The translations under genes were made by a program, and so were the position numbers. A stretch of 63,904 nt of DNA, filler included, from an uncultured Gemmatimonadota bacterium (lineage in GTDB: Bacteria > GCA-2686955), in NCBI GenBank assembly GCA_964490075.1. It is 3 parts of 3 records of this genome, joined end to end, with 100 filler letters (N's around TTAATTAATTAA, not from the genome) between each part and the next. Parts side by side here need not be neighbours in the genome. Positions count along the whole stretch, not along the records: positions 28,793 to 56,077 come from CAZBBK010000074.1; 2 more parts are not named here. The stretch is one strand, 5' to 3'. How positions within the stretch are numbered: position 1 is the stretch's first letter; every line of letters starts with the position of its first letter. Positions 42,101-50,882 of this stretch are shown here, piece by piece. Below the pieces are notes generated by a model. That model ran no database searches, was not told where the DNA came from, and was given only the letters and a program-made list of their open reading frames with translations.

Positions 42101-42666
42101 CCACCACGCGCAGCCTCGACGACCCGGGCGCCAGCGGCGCCCGCAGCCGCTACCTGCTCTTGCGCTCGGCGCGGCTGCGGGCCCGGCTCGGCGGCGCGGC
42201 GCTGATCGAGGCCGAGCTGGGCGTCGACCGCGAGCGAGAGGAGTCGAGCCTGCTGGCGATCGATCAGAGCAGCGAGGGGCGCTTCGCCACCTGGGAGCTG
42301 ACCCGCGGCCCAGGCCGGCCGCTGGAGCTCTTCATCAAAGGAGAGCTGCGCCAAGACCTGATCACCGAGCGCGGCGCTCGGTCCGAGCTCGACCTGGTCG
42401 CGCTCGCTCCCGGCGTGCGCTTCAACCTGCCGCGTCGCGGCCGCGCCGGCGCCGAGCTGGGCGCCGACTGGCTGGCCGCGCCACGCGGCTCGGTGCCGAT
42501 CAGCCTGCGCGCCGGGCGCGAGGTCGGCATCACCTGGCGGCTGCGGCTGAACGCCGACTACGCCCTCAGCGAGATCGTGACCCTCTCGGCCGACTACCAA
42601 GGGGCCGTGGAGCCCGAGAGCGGCATCCACAACCGCGGCAGTGTGCGGGTTTCCGCGTTCTTCTGA
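39172..42666 (+). CDS. Large hypothetical outer-membrane beta-barrel protein
   Basis: Signal-like start, conserved-looking LSDQSLPFQPEGTTTELDEIDKVFV and VLAGSEKVWIDG...RGEDRDYVIDYERGEL, long alternating beta strands, and a VSAFF end. Confidence 0.8.
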   Translation: MAAALLTSLPVLLATAVSAQPPPAPDLVPAAAQRDTALVLRAGRCESRIVGDGSRGPYPLPCPFPNPATLRVVRAGAALAPRVGYVLDLDTQTLSLRRRLPLGEEIELSYDSFPFALPRRLAVLEPDSIAAPGDSARFALPVSAPVLSPDIPSTLFLTGSKTVGLRLGHAGEPALEQSLRVTLFGQISEQIEVNGVLSDQSLPFQPEGTTTELDEIDKVFVEVQGPAFRALLGDQVLAHERGEWLRFERKVSGALAETRYGEGAVEAAGTVTGGRFATMRFFGQEGSQGPYPLSPGAGAGAGANDILVLAGSEKVWIDGVPMVRGEDRDYVIDYERGELSFSSRRMITSEQEIVIDFEYSADRYRRTLSLGRARAVAGPARAELVLMREGDDARRPLFRSFDAADLAALAAAGDSAALAVRSGAIEVEHGEGDYLLEEQLDGREGFRYARGAGDHRVSFSEVGSGLGDYRRELPYDAPIYYVYAGEGLGDYAPVILLPLPERLEVVDLRIETELGGGLSLDAEGALSRDDPNQLAGHDVARSGAALALALGLERRALAPGLGDWGRIEGRAAARLRDAAFRSPGRELELATIEGWGLSNTLQTEAGERYDLLLAHEIRPWLRWAGTWGMLGEGARSRRRAQVEVAGGSSAGEGAVPAGGSATAAGSAAAAGFAAGDRRGPGIDLRLNDVEGRRAGARSERFREGVAELIWRGARFSPVLGAEREERIDSLAVRTHFDDLRLAFAARPLEGLEVDAEQRLRWENETRGGFEQRLARSSTSTLAAELSGRGSLGLRAEATHRERRAGGGSVLSDLVRVDSSFLPRSGVVALTAAYSFSGGEEELAVERYVPARGDSLPGLYSYDPELGIYYLDPDEGQFARLVERTGERERVLQGSADAELRIHPERGAQAPAWLRQLAFEGSARIEEKSTSAERWNVALLRPSRLRVPGLTLRGLLDARADLLLHPGAPDWDLRLRLATTRSLDDPGASGARSRYLLLRSARLRARLGGAALIEAELGVDREREESSLLAIDQSSEGRFATWELTRGPGRPLELFIKGELRQDLITERGARSELDLVALAPGVRFNLPRRGRAGAELGADWLAAPRGSVPISLRAGREVGITWRLRLNADYALSEIVTLSADYQGAVEPESGIHNRGSVRVSAFF

Positions 42667-42675
42667 CGCCTCGAG

Positions 42676-44020
42676 CTAGCGCGCCCGCCAGCACTTGTTG
42701 CCGGGTCCCGCGTAGGCCCCCATGTCGGAGCGCGCGCCGTTGGGATACCACAGCGGCCAGCGCGGATCGTTGTCGTAGATTGCGTCGTGGACCAGCGGAT
42801 CGCCGGCATCGACACAGTGCGACGCCGGGCTCAGGAGACCGAAGCGACCGCCGCGATCGCGCAGCTGGGGATCGATGTCGCCATTCCCGGATCCGGGCCA
42901 GCCGCCCTGCAGGTCGGAGAACACCACCGTCATCCGCGCCCCCGCGTCGCTGATGCCGTCGGGCAGATTGCCCCAGATGATGGAGTTGTGGATCGCGGCA
43001 TGGTGATCGGCGGAGATCGACAGCCCGCCCCCGGACTCGCGCGCGTGGTTCCCGTAAATCGTGCTGTTGCGCATTGTCGTGGTGCCGTCGCCGAAGACGT
43101 AGAGGCCGGCCCCCGAGTCGGCGTGGTTGTCCTGGAGAACACAGTTCTCGAGATCGAGCGTCCGGTCGTCGTGGTAGGTCGCGAAGAAGATCGCGCCGCC
43201 CGATCGTCCATAGAGAAAGCTGTTGCGAATAGTGGAGTGGGTGAGGACGCCGTTGGCCGTGCGCAGTGCGAGTGCCGCGCCGTAGTGGTTGGCGATGTTG
43301 CCGTCCAGGTGACACCGACTGAGCTCCAACATAGCTCCACCGCGGGCGGCGATCGCCCCGCCCTCGCGCTGGGTTCCGTTGTTCGCCAGGTCACAGTCTC
43401 GAAGCACGAGGCTCGCGCCATCCGCCAGGATTCCGCCCCCCGAGTACTCGGCGTGATTGCGCGCGAACATGGTGCCCAGGGCGTCGAGCTCGGAGCCGGG
43501 CTGCCGGTGGATTCCGCCGCCGCCGGCTTCGTCCTCGGGTCCATGGGCGGCGTTGTCCGTGATGTGACAGTCGACCAGGGAGAGCGAGTCGTCCGCCATG
43601 TAGATCGCGCCGCCTGCACTGGCCGAGTTGGAGGTTATCTGCAGCGCTTCGAGCTGGGGCGCGCTGGATTGCTCGCTGTAGATCGCCCCTCCGAGGTGGG
43701 CGGCGTTGGCGGCGATCCGACAGTGTCGGATGGTGGGCCGCGCCCCGGACGCGCAGCCGATGCCGGCACCGCGGGGAGCGCTGTTGAAGCTCAGCTCCGG
43801 CGCCCAGATGGTCGGTGCGGCACCTTCTTCGCACAGAATGCCGGCACCGAGGTCGTGCGGAGCCGGCCCGAGGCGATGTCCCTCGATCACGCAGCGGGAG
43901 ATCCGCGGCGAGCTGCCGGAGCAGATGATGCCTCCGCCGGCCGTGCTCGATCCGGCGTCGACGGTGAATCCGGCGAGGCGGCTGCCGGCTCCCTCGTCAC
44001 GAGTGAAGCTCGATCACCAT
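42676..44020 (-). pseudogene. Right-handed parallel beta-helix (Pmp-like GGAI repeat) protein, 5' end frameshifted or truncated
   Basis: Repeated N.A..GGAI/GGGI, IIWGN and SHCVDAGDP...RSDMGAY. Family-like sequence continues upstream of GTG 43890 to an in-frame TGA at 44014-44016. There is no in-frame ATG or signal peptide. Confidence 0.7.
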
Positions 44021-44247
44021 CGGCTGCGCGACACATTGTTGGGAGAAACGGTACAGGGCAGGGCACGCGAAGAGCCGAGGTCGAGAGCGGTCCCTCTCAG
44101 AGAGCTTGTGGCCCCATGGGCCTGCGGACTCCCACTGCCGACGCGGTGGAGCGCAGCGTACGCAAACGGTGCGCTCATATCGAAACGCCAGATGGCGATA
44201 TAGTCCCGATTCCGTACGCCCCTTGCTCCAGACCCGGACCAATCCCC

Positions 44248-45921
44248 GTGTCCTCACGTTTCGCCTGGCTGATCGCGCTTCTCTGCTCGGCCCTCACCCT
44301 CCCCGACTCCGCCGCCCTGGAGCTGGCGATCGAGGGGGAGGGAGGGATCGACCGGGGCCGGCTGCGGGCGTCGGCCGACGCCATTCCACAGGGCGCCCCG
44401 GCCGATACCGTCGCCGCCCGCCTGCTCCAGGTGTTGCTGGCGCAAGGCCACGGCGCCGCCGAGGTGCGGGTCTTCGGCCCCGACAGCAGCCGGCGCGCCG
44501 AGCTGCGGCCCGGACCGGCGTGGCGCCTGGGCCGCGTGCGCTTCGTCGGCTCGGATCTGTTCCGCGCCGACGACCTCGCCGCCCGCCTAGGTGCACGCGC
44601 GGGAGAGCGCTTCGACGCCGCCGCCCTGGCCCGCGATCTCACCCGCCTGCTCGACGAGTGGGGGCGCCGTGGCCACCTCTTCGCCCGCTTCTCGCTGCGC
44701 CCGCGGGTCACGCCCCAGCAACGTGTCGATCTCACCGTGGTGGTCGACGAGGGTCCACAGGTACGCCTCGGCGAGCTGCGCACCGCCGGCAACGAGGTCA
44801 CCGCCCAGACCACCCTGGAGCGGGCGGCGGGCTTGCGACCGGGGCGGGTCATCGATCTCCAGCTCTTCCACCAGTCCGGGGAACGGCTGCGACGGCTCGG
44901 CTACTTTCGCGAGGTGCGTGGTCCGGTGCTGACCCGTGCCTCACGGCCCGATCTGCTCGACGCCGAGCTGACCGTGATCGAGGCGCCGACCCACTCCGCG
45001 GAGGGGCTGCTCGGCTACGCCCCGGCCGCCGCCGGCAGTGGCGCACAGCTCACCGGCTACCTGGAGCTGGCGCTGCACAATCTTTTCGGCAGCGGGCGCG
45101 AGCTCGACCTGCGCTGGGAGCGGATCCGCTCCGAGGAGCTGGCGCTGCACCTGCAGTGGCGCGAGCGCTGGCTCTTCGGCTCCGATGCCTCGCTGCTGGC
45201 GGGTTTCGAGCAGGTGGTCCAGGACTCCACCTTCCTGGAGGATGCCCTCGCGATCGAGATCGGCTACCCGCTGGGCGGTCGATTCGAGGGATCGCTGCGC
45301 TTCGAGCGCCGCCGCGTTATTCCCGGACGCCGCCGAGACGGCCTGGTGCCGCAGCGCAGCCACACCCGGAGCGCCGGCATCGCGCTGCTGCGTGACAGCC
45401 GCGACGATCGCTGGAATCCCCGGCGCGGCCTGCTGCTCGAGGGCGACGCCGATCTCGGCCGTCGCGCCTCCGGAACGCTGCTGCGGGCGCAGGCGCGCGC
45501 CGAGCTGAGCCTGCCCGCTGGGCGGCGCCGCTCCTGGCTCGCGGGGCTTCGACTGCTGGCTCTGGAGCTCCCCCCGGGGCCGGTGCAGCTTCCCGATCTT
45601 TATCGCCTCGGCGGCTCCGGCTCGCTGCGCGGCCAGCGCGAAGACGCGTTGCGGGTGATGCGCGGCGCCCTCACCTCGCTCGAGCTGCGCTTCCACACCG
45701 GCCCCGGATCGCGCGTCGCCCTGTTCACCGATGCCGCCTATCTCAGGCGCGCGGAGGCCGCCACCCAGGGAACCCGCTTCGCCTGGCGCCCGCTGATCGG
45801 CTACGGCGCGGGCCTGCGCATCGCCTCCCGGGCGGGTCTGGTCGGCATCGACTACGGCATCGATGGGGGCAACTCGCCGAGCGCGGGCAAGATCCATCTT
45901 GGCATTCAGAACCGGTTCTGA
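44248..45921 (+). CDS. Omp85 (BamA/TamA-family) outer membrane protein with POTRA domains
   Basis: Signal peptide from GTG 44248, POTRA-like VDEGP...GNEVT, NLFGSGRE, DSRDDRWNPRRG, LGGSGSLRG, GYGAGLR and a terminal RF. Confidence 0.88.
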   Translation: MSSRFAWLIALLCSALTLPDSAALELAIEGEGGIDRGRLRASADAIPQGAPADTVAARLLQVLLAQGHGAAEVRVFGPDSSRRAELRPGPAWRLGRVRFVGSDLFRADDLAARLGARAGERFDAAALARDLTRLLDEWGRRGHLFARFSLRPRVTPQQRVDLTVVVDEGPQVRLGELRTAGNEVTAQTTLERAAGLRPGRVIDLQLFHQSGERLRRLGYFREVRGPVLTRASRPDLLDAELTVIEAPTHSAEGLLGYAPAAAGSGAQLTGYLELALHNLFGSGRELDLRWERIRSEELALHLQWRERWLFGSDASLLAGFEQVVQDSTFLEDALAIEIGYPLGGRFEGSLRFERRRVIPGRRRDGLVPQRSHTRSAGIALLRDSRDDRWNPRRGLLLEGDADLGRRASGTLLRAQARAELSLPAGRRRSWLAGLRLLALELPPGPVQLPDLYRLGGSGSLRGQREDALRVMRGALTSLELRFHTGPGSRVALFTDAAYLRRAEAATQGTRFAWRPLIGYGAGLRIASRAGLVGIDYGIDGGNSPSAGKIHLGIQNRF

Positions 45922-46044
45922 AGGCGGGCCTGGAAGACCCTCCACGGTAGGTCGTGGATCGCGGACTGATGTAGCCTCTGGCGGCGCCGCGCGCACCGGG
46001 ATCGGCCCGACATCCGCGCCCCGCACCTCCGACCGGCACCCGAC

Positions 46045-46875
46045 ATGGCGTCCTACCTGCGCTCCTTCATGGAGCTGACCCGCCCTCTCAACTGCGCGAT
46101 CACGGCTTGCGCCGTGGCGCTCGGCGCGCTGCTCGCCGGCGGTTCGATCGAGCCGCGGGCGCTCTTGCTGGGAATGGCCTCGGCGGCCCTGGTCGGGGCC
46201 TGTGGCAACATCTTCAACGATGTCATCGACCTGGAGATCGATCGCCTGAACCGCCCCGATCGGCCGCTGCCGAACGGCCGAGTGAGTCGCCGCGCGGCGA
46301 CTCTCTTCGGACTGCTGGTCGCGGCCGCCGCTCTGACCTGCGCGCGGCGCGTGGGGCCCGTGCACCTGAGCCTGGCCGCGACCGTGTTGGTGGCGCTCCT
46401 GGTCTACGACCGCTGGCTGAAGCGCAGGGCGGTGGTGGGCAACCTGGTGGTCAGCGCGGCGGCCGCGGCGGCGCTGCCCTATGGCGGGCTGCTGGGCGCC
46501 GACTGGACCGCGACCCTGGTTCCGGCGCTCTTCGCCTTCTGCCTGCACATGGCCCGCGAGATCGTCAAGGACGTCGAGGATATGGACGGCGACCGGCTGG
46601 TGGGGGCGCGCACCTTGCCGGTGCGCATCGGCCGCTACCGGGCGCTCTCGGTGGCGATCTACTGGCTGCTGGCCTGCGTGGCGCTGACCCCGGTCCCGCA
46701 TCTGCTCGGCATCTACGGCATGGGCTACATGCGCGTGGTGGTGTTCTTCGACGCCGGCTGCATCGCGACCATGATTTCCTTGCACCGCAACCCCTTCCGC
46801 GGCGGGCTCTCGAGCGCTTCTAACAGCCTCAAGGGGCTGATGCTCTTGGGGATCCTGGCGGTCTTCTTGGGTTGA
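46045..46875 (+). CDS. UbiA-family prenyltransferase, geranylgeranylglyceryl-phosphate geranylgeranyltransferase (DGGGP synthase)-like
   Basis: TRPLN, NDVIDLEIDRLNRPDRPLPNGRVS, GNLVVS, REIVKDVEDMDGD and RTLPVRIG. Confidence 0.85.
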   Translation: MASYLRSFMELTRPLNCAITACAVALGALLAGGSIEPRALLLGMASAALVGACGNIFNDVIDLEIDRLNRPDRPLPNGRVSRRAATLFGLLVAAAALTCARRVGPVHLSLAATVLVALLVYDRWLKRRAVVGNLVVSAAAAAALPYGGLLGADWTATLVPALFAFCLHMAREIVKDVEDMDGDRLVGARTLPVRIGRYRALSVAIYWLLACVALTPVPHLLGIYGMGYMRVVVFFDAGCIATMISLHRNPFRGGLSSASNSLKGLMLLGILAVFLG

Positions 46876-46926
46876 GCGAGCACAGCGATCGCAAAAGCGG
46901 TCGATTCCGCCAATGGGGACTACCAT

Positions 46927-46956
46927 TTGACGCGGCAGAAGAGCTTGATGTACAAG
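46927..46956 (+). promoter_or_regulatory. Putative sigma70 promoter for tRNA-Gln
   Basis: TTGACG, 18-nt spacer, TACAAG; ends 23 nt before the tRNA. Confidence 0.35.
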
Positions 46957-46979
46957 CACCCCATGTTCAGAGGACACGC

Positions 46980-47054
46980 TGGGGCGTGGCCAAGAGGTAA
47001 GGCACCGGATTTTGGTTCCGGGGATCGCAGGTTCGAATCCTGCCGCCCCAGCCA
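46980..47054 (+). tRNA. tRNA-Gln (TTG)
   Basis: Acceptor stem TGGGGCG/CGCCCCA, anticodon arm CCGGA-TTTTGGT-TCCGG, T-loop GGTTCGAATCC and encoded CCA. Confidence 0.97.
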
Positions 47055-47194
47055 TACTCCGCCGCCTAATTCGTGACCGAGCCGTGCGAATCTTGGCCTT
47101 GGTCGAGGCGCCGCGCCGATTCGAGCGCAGGCGTAGTGGAACTACGTCGAGCATCGAATCGGAGCGAGCAACGAAGGATAAGGCCAAGAGGCGC

Positions 47195-48529
47195 ATGGCG
47201 AATCGCGAATTGGGTGGCGGATCATGGCTCAGCCAGTCCGCCTCCGCGCGCAAGGCGCGGAGCATCGGACTCGCTCTTCTGCTCATCTTGGCGAGCGCCT
47301 GCGATCCGAGCCCGAAACCGCTTCTTGCGACGAGTGGGCAGCAACCTGTCCCCCCCGCCTCCGAGATCGAGGCATCTGGCACGCCCAGCGCCCGGCCAAG
47401 TGGGGCGGCCAGGATCGTCGAGGGGAAGCTGCAATCGGGGCAGAGCCTCTACCAGGCGTTGCTGGCGCACGAAGGGGTGCGGCCGGGGACCGTCGATGCG
47501 CTCTTGGCGGCCGCGGCACCGGTTCGGGATCTGGCGCGGGTGCGGCCGGGGGAGCGCTATTCCCTGGCGCTCGATGGCGAGGGCGAGCTGCTGGAGTATC
47601 GGCAGTGGGGAAGTGCGCTGCGGAGTCTGGTGGTGCGCCGCCGAGACGAGCGCGGCCTGTCGGCCGAGATCGAGGAGGCCGACGTGGAAGGGCGGCGGCG
47701 TCGGGCCTCGGGGCGGGTCGATGGCAGCCTGTGGCAGGCGGCGACCGACGCCGGCATCGCGGCGGAGATGGTGATCCGTCTCACCGATGTCTTTGCCTGG
47801 CAGATCGACTTCCTGACCGAAACCCGACCCGGCGATTCCTTCGATCTGCTCTGGGAGGAGCTGGTGGTCGACGGCGCGGTGGTGGGAACGGGCGAGCTGC
47901 TGGCGGCTCGCTATGTCAACCGAGGCCGGATCGAGGAGGCGCTGCGTTACCAGACCACGGAAGGCGAGGTCGACTATTTCGATGCCGAGGGTCGCTCGCG
48001 TCGCCTGCAGTTTCTACGCAGCCCGCTCAACTACCGGCGCATCTCCTCGGGCTTCTCGCGCTCCCGCCTGCATCCGATCCTGAAGCGCGTCACGCCCCAC
48101 CTGGGGATCGACTTCGCCGCCGATCGCGGCACGCCGGTGGTCGCCTCCGGCGAGGGCAAGGTGGTGTTCGCGGGACGCCGAGGACCGAACGGCAACATGG
48201 TCGAAATCCGGCACGGCTCGATCTATCGCACCTACTACCTGCACCTGGGGAGCTTCGCGCGCGGTGTGCGCAACGGGGCCGAGGTGTCGCAGGGTCAGAC
48301 CATCGGCTTCGTCGGCAGCAGCGGCCGCTCCACCGGTCCCCATCTCGACTACCGCATGAAGCGCCACGACACCTTCGTCAACCCGCTGAAGGAGACCTTT
48401 CGCGAGGTGCGCGGAGTGCCTGAGGCGGAGATGGCGCGTTTCGCCGACGTTCGCGGCGAGCTGCTCGCGGAGCTCGATGGGGGGCGCCGCTCGCCCGCGT
48501 CGGCGACGCACGCCGCGGTGGGGCCTTGA
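47195..48529 (+). CDS. M23 family peptidoglycan DD-endopeptidase (MepM-like)
   Basis: FAWQIDF, FLRSPL, RISSGF, HLGIDFAA, YLHL and STGPHLDY. The start is placed after the tRNA. Confidence 0.9.
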   Translation: MANRELGGGSWLSQSASARKARSIGLALLLILASACDPSPKPLLATSGQQPVPPASEIEASGTPSARPSGAARIVEGKLQSGQSLYQALLAHEGVRPGTVDALLAAAAPVRDLARVRPGERYSLALDGEGELLEYRQWGSALRSLVVRRRDERGLSAEIEEADVEGRRRRASGRVDGSLWQAATDAGIAAEMVIRLTDVFAWQIDFLTETRPGDSFDLLWEELVVDGAVVGTGELLAARYVNRGRIEEALRYQTTEGEVDYFDAEGRSRRLQFLRSPLNYRRISSGFSRSRLHPILKRVTPHLGIDFAADRGTPVVASGEGKVVFAGRRGPNGNMVEIRHGSIYRTYYLHLGSFARGVRNGAEVSQGQTIGFVGSSGRSTGPHLDYRMKRHDTFVNPLKETFREVRGVPEAEMARFADVRGELLAELDGGRRSPASATHAAVGP

Positions 48530-48533
48530 TCGG

Positions 48534-49325
48534 ATGAAGGCGCCGCGGCTGCTGCTGCTCGATCTCGGCAACACCGATCTGGTGGTGGTCGACTGGCGCG
48601 AGGGCACGGTGCTGGGTCAAGGCAGGGTGGCGGGCGCCGAGCTCGACACGCGGAGACCCGCGAAGATCGGCGAGCAGATCGGCCGGGCGATCGGCGGGGC
48701 GGCGGGTCCCTACGAGGGCGCGGCGTTGGTTTCGGTGGTGCCGGGCAAGAGCGCGGCGCTCGCCAGGGCGGCGGCGGCTCTGAGCGGATGCTCGGTGGTA
48801 GTCGCCGATCATCGCGTGCGGCTGCCGATCCGGCTGCGCTACGACGATCCGGCCTCCCTGGGCCCGGATCGACTGGTGAACGCGGTGGGCGCCTGGCGGC
48901 TCTGTCCCGGTGGGGCGATCGTGGTCGACGCCGGCACCGCCACGACCTTCGAAGTGATCGATGAGCGAGGCGAGCTCCTGGGCGGACTCATCGCCCCCGG
49001 CCCCGACCTGGGCGCCCGGGCCTTGGCCGAGCACACCGCGCGGCTGCCCCTGGTGAGCGTGCGCCCGCCGGGCGCGGTGGTCGCCACCAGCACCGAAGAC
49101 GCGATCATCTCGGGTCTGTTTCACGGCACCGCCGCCCTGGTGGAGGGACTGGTCGCGCGGATTCGAGCGGAGCTGGGCCGCGAGCTTCCCGTGATCGTGA
49201 CCGGGGGCTGGGCGGAGGGGCTGCTCGACGGCCCCGACCTGGGTGCGCGCTGCGAGCCCTGGCTGACTTTCATCGGGCTGGCCGAGTTGTGGGAGCTGAA
49301 TCGGCCCTCGCCCGACAGCGCTTGA
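48534..49325 (+). CDS. coaX: Type III pantothenate kinase
   Basis: LDLGNT, SVVP, LGPDR, VVDAGTATT, GGLIAPG and VTGG. Confidence 0.93.
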   Translation: MKAPRLLLLDLGNTDLVVVDWREGTVLGQGRVAGAELDTRRPAKIGEQIGRAIGGAAGPYEGAALVSVVPGKSAALARAAAALSGCSVVVADHRVRLPIRLRYDDPASLGPDRLVNAVGAWRLCPGGAIVVDAGTATTFEVIDERGELLGGLIAPGPDLGARALAEHTARLPLVSVRPPGAVVATSTEDAIISGLFHGTAALVEGLVARIRAELGRELPVIVTGGWAEGLLDGPDLGARCEPWLTFIGLAELWELNRPSPDSA

Positions 49326-49361
49326 CATCGACGGGCGGGCGGCCAACCATCCGCCGAATCT

Positions 49362-50882
49362 GTGTCGCCGGGCTTTTGTCGCGAGGCATCCTTGCTGGTA
49401 GTCGTTCTCTATATCTCGGCCATCGCCGGCCTCGCGCTCTTCGGCGCCCATCGCTACTTCCTGCTGGCTCTCTATCTGCGGCACCGGCGCCGGCTCCCGC
49501 GTGAGCCGCGGGCCGGGAGGGCGCGTGAGCCTCGGGTCACCGTGCAGCTCCCGATCTACAACGAGCGGCACGTGGTGGAGCGGCTGATCCGTGCGGTGGC
49601 GGCCTTCGACTACCCGGCCGATCGCCTGGAGATCCAGGTGCTCGACGATTCGACCGACGACACGCCTGCGATCGTGACGTCCCTGGTCGCCGAGCTTCGC
49701 GCCACCGGCGTCGACATCCACCATCTGCACCGGCCCCGCCGCGCCGGCTTCAAAGCCGGGGCACTGGCCGCCGGCATGCGCAGTGCGCGCGGCGAGCTGC
49801 TGGCGATCTTCGATGCCGACTTCTTGCCGCAGAAGAGCTTCCTGCGCCGCGCGATCGTCCATTTCGCCGATCCCGAGGTCGGCATGGTGCAGGCCCGCTG
49901 GGGCCATCTGAACCGGGACTACTCGCTCTTGACTCGGGTCGCCGCCTTTCTGCTCGACGGCCACCTGATCGTCGAGCAGACCGCTCGGCACCGCAGCGGC
50001 CGGTTCTTCAACTTCAACGGCACCGCCGGCGTCTGGCGGCGCGCCGCCATCGAGGCGGCGGGCGGCTGGTCGCACGACACTCTGACCGAAGATCTCGATC
50101 TCTCCTACCGGGCCCAGCTCGCAGGCTGGCGCTTCGTCTTCCTGTCGGATCTGGTGGTGCCGGCGGAGCTGCCGGTGGAGATGAGCGCCTACAAGACCCA
50201 GCAGCATCGCTGGGCGAAGGGCTCGGTGCAGACCGCGTGCAAGCTCCTGCCGCGGGTTCTGCGTTCCGATCAACCGTTGAAGAGAAAGGCCGAGGCGCTC
50301 TTCCACCTCTGCGGCAACGTCTCCTATCTCTTGATCCTGATCCCCTCGCTGGTGGCCTTGCCGATCTTGCCGCTGCGCCATCAGCTCCTGGGTGGGTGGG
50401 CGCTGGCGCTCTACGCGCTCTCGTTCCTGCTGGCCACCTGCTCGGTGCTGGTCTTCTATACGGTCACCGCGCGCGACGCCGGAGAGCGTTTGCGCTTTCG
50501 CTGGATCGTGGCGATCATGTCGCTTGGCATCGGTCTGTCGCTGAACAACGGCCGGGCGGTGATCGAGGCGCTCTGCGGGTCGCGCGGCGAGTTCCACCGC
50601 ACGCCGAAGTACCGTGTCGAGTCACCTCGCGACTCCTGGCGCGGCAAGGCCTACGCCGGAGCTCGCGACGCGCTCGGCCTGGGGGAGTTGGCGCTGGCGA
50701 TCTACTTCACGGCGGCGATCGCGTTCGCGGCGGGCGCGGGCTACTGGGGCTCGATCCCCTTCCTGCTGCTCTTTCAGACCGGCTTTCTCTATGTCGGCTT
50801 GACCAGTCTGCGTCCCGAGCTGGGTCTGCCGCGCGCACTGCGCCGCCACTCCCAGAGGGCGCAGGCGAGCACCGGCAGGTAG
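49362..50882 (+). CDS. Processive GT2, cellulose-synthase-like (CslA-like) glycosyltransferase
   Basis: VTVQLPIYNE, QVLDDSTD, GFKAGAL, FDADF, TEDLD, QQHRW (QxxRW) and FHRTPK. Confidence 0.92.
   Translation: MSPGFCREASLLVVVLYISAIAGLALFGAHRYFLLALYLRHRRRLPREPRAGRAREPRVTVQLPIYNERHVVERLIRAVAAFDYPADRLEIQVLDDSTDDTPAIVTSLVAELRATGVDIHHLHRPRRAGFKAGALAAGMRSARGELLAIFDADFLPQKSFLRRAIVHFADPEVGMVQARWGHLNRDYSLLTRVAAFLLDGHLIVEQTARHRSGRFFNFNGTAGVWRRAAIEAAGGWSHDTLTEDLDLSYRAQLAGWRFVFLSDLVVPAELPVEMSAYKTQQHRWAKGSVQTACKLLPRVLRSDQPLKRKAEALFHLCGNVSYLLILIPSLVALPILPLRHQLLGGWALALYALSFLLATCSVLVFYTVTARDAGERLRFRWIVAIMSLGIGLSLNNGRAVIEALCGSRGEFHRTPKYRVESPRDSWRGKAYAGARDALGLGELALAIYFTAAIAFAAGAGYWGSIPFLLLFQTGFLYVGLTSLRPELGLPRALRRHSQRAQASTGR

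Noticed and set aside
42787-44247. N-terminal 487 residues of the 1044-aa Omp85 ORF
   Set aside because: This is the antisense shadow of the beta-helix gene. The signal peptide and POTRA region start at about 44248.
46980-47054. tRNA-Gln as an integration site for a mobile element
   Set aside because: I saw no integrase and no duplicated tRNA 3' end, and the flanking genes are housekeeping.
47012-47194. Extended N-terminus of the M23 peptidase
   Set aside because: It overlaps tRNA-Gln. The ATG at 47195, before the hydrophobic segment, is more plausible.
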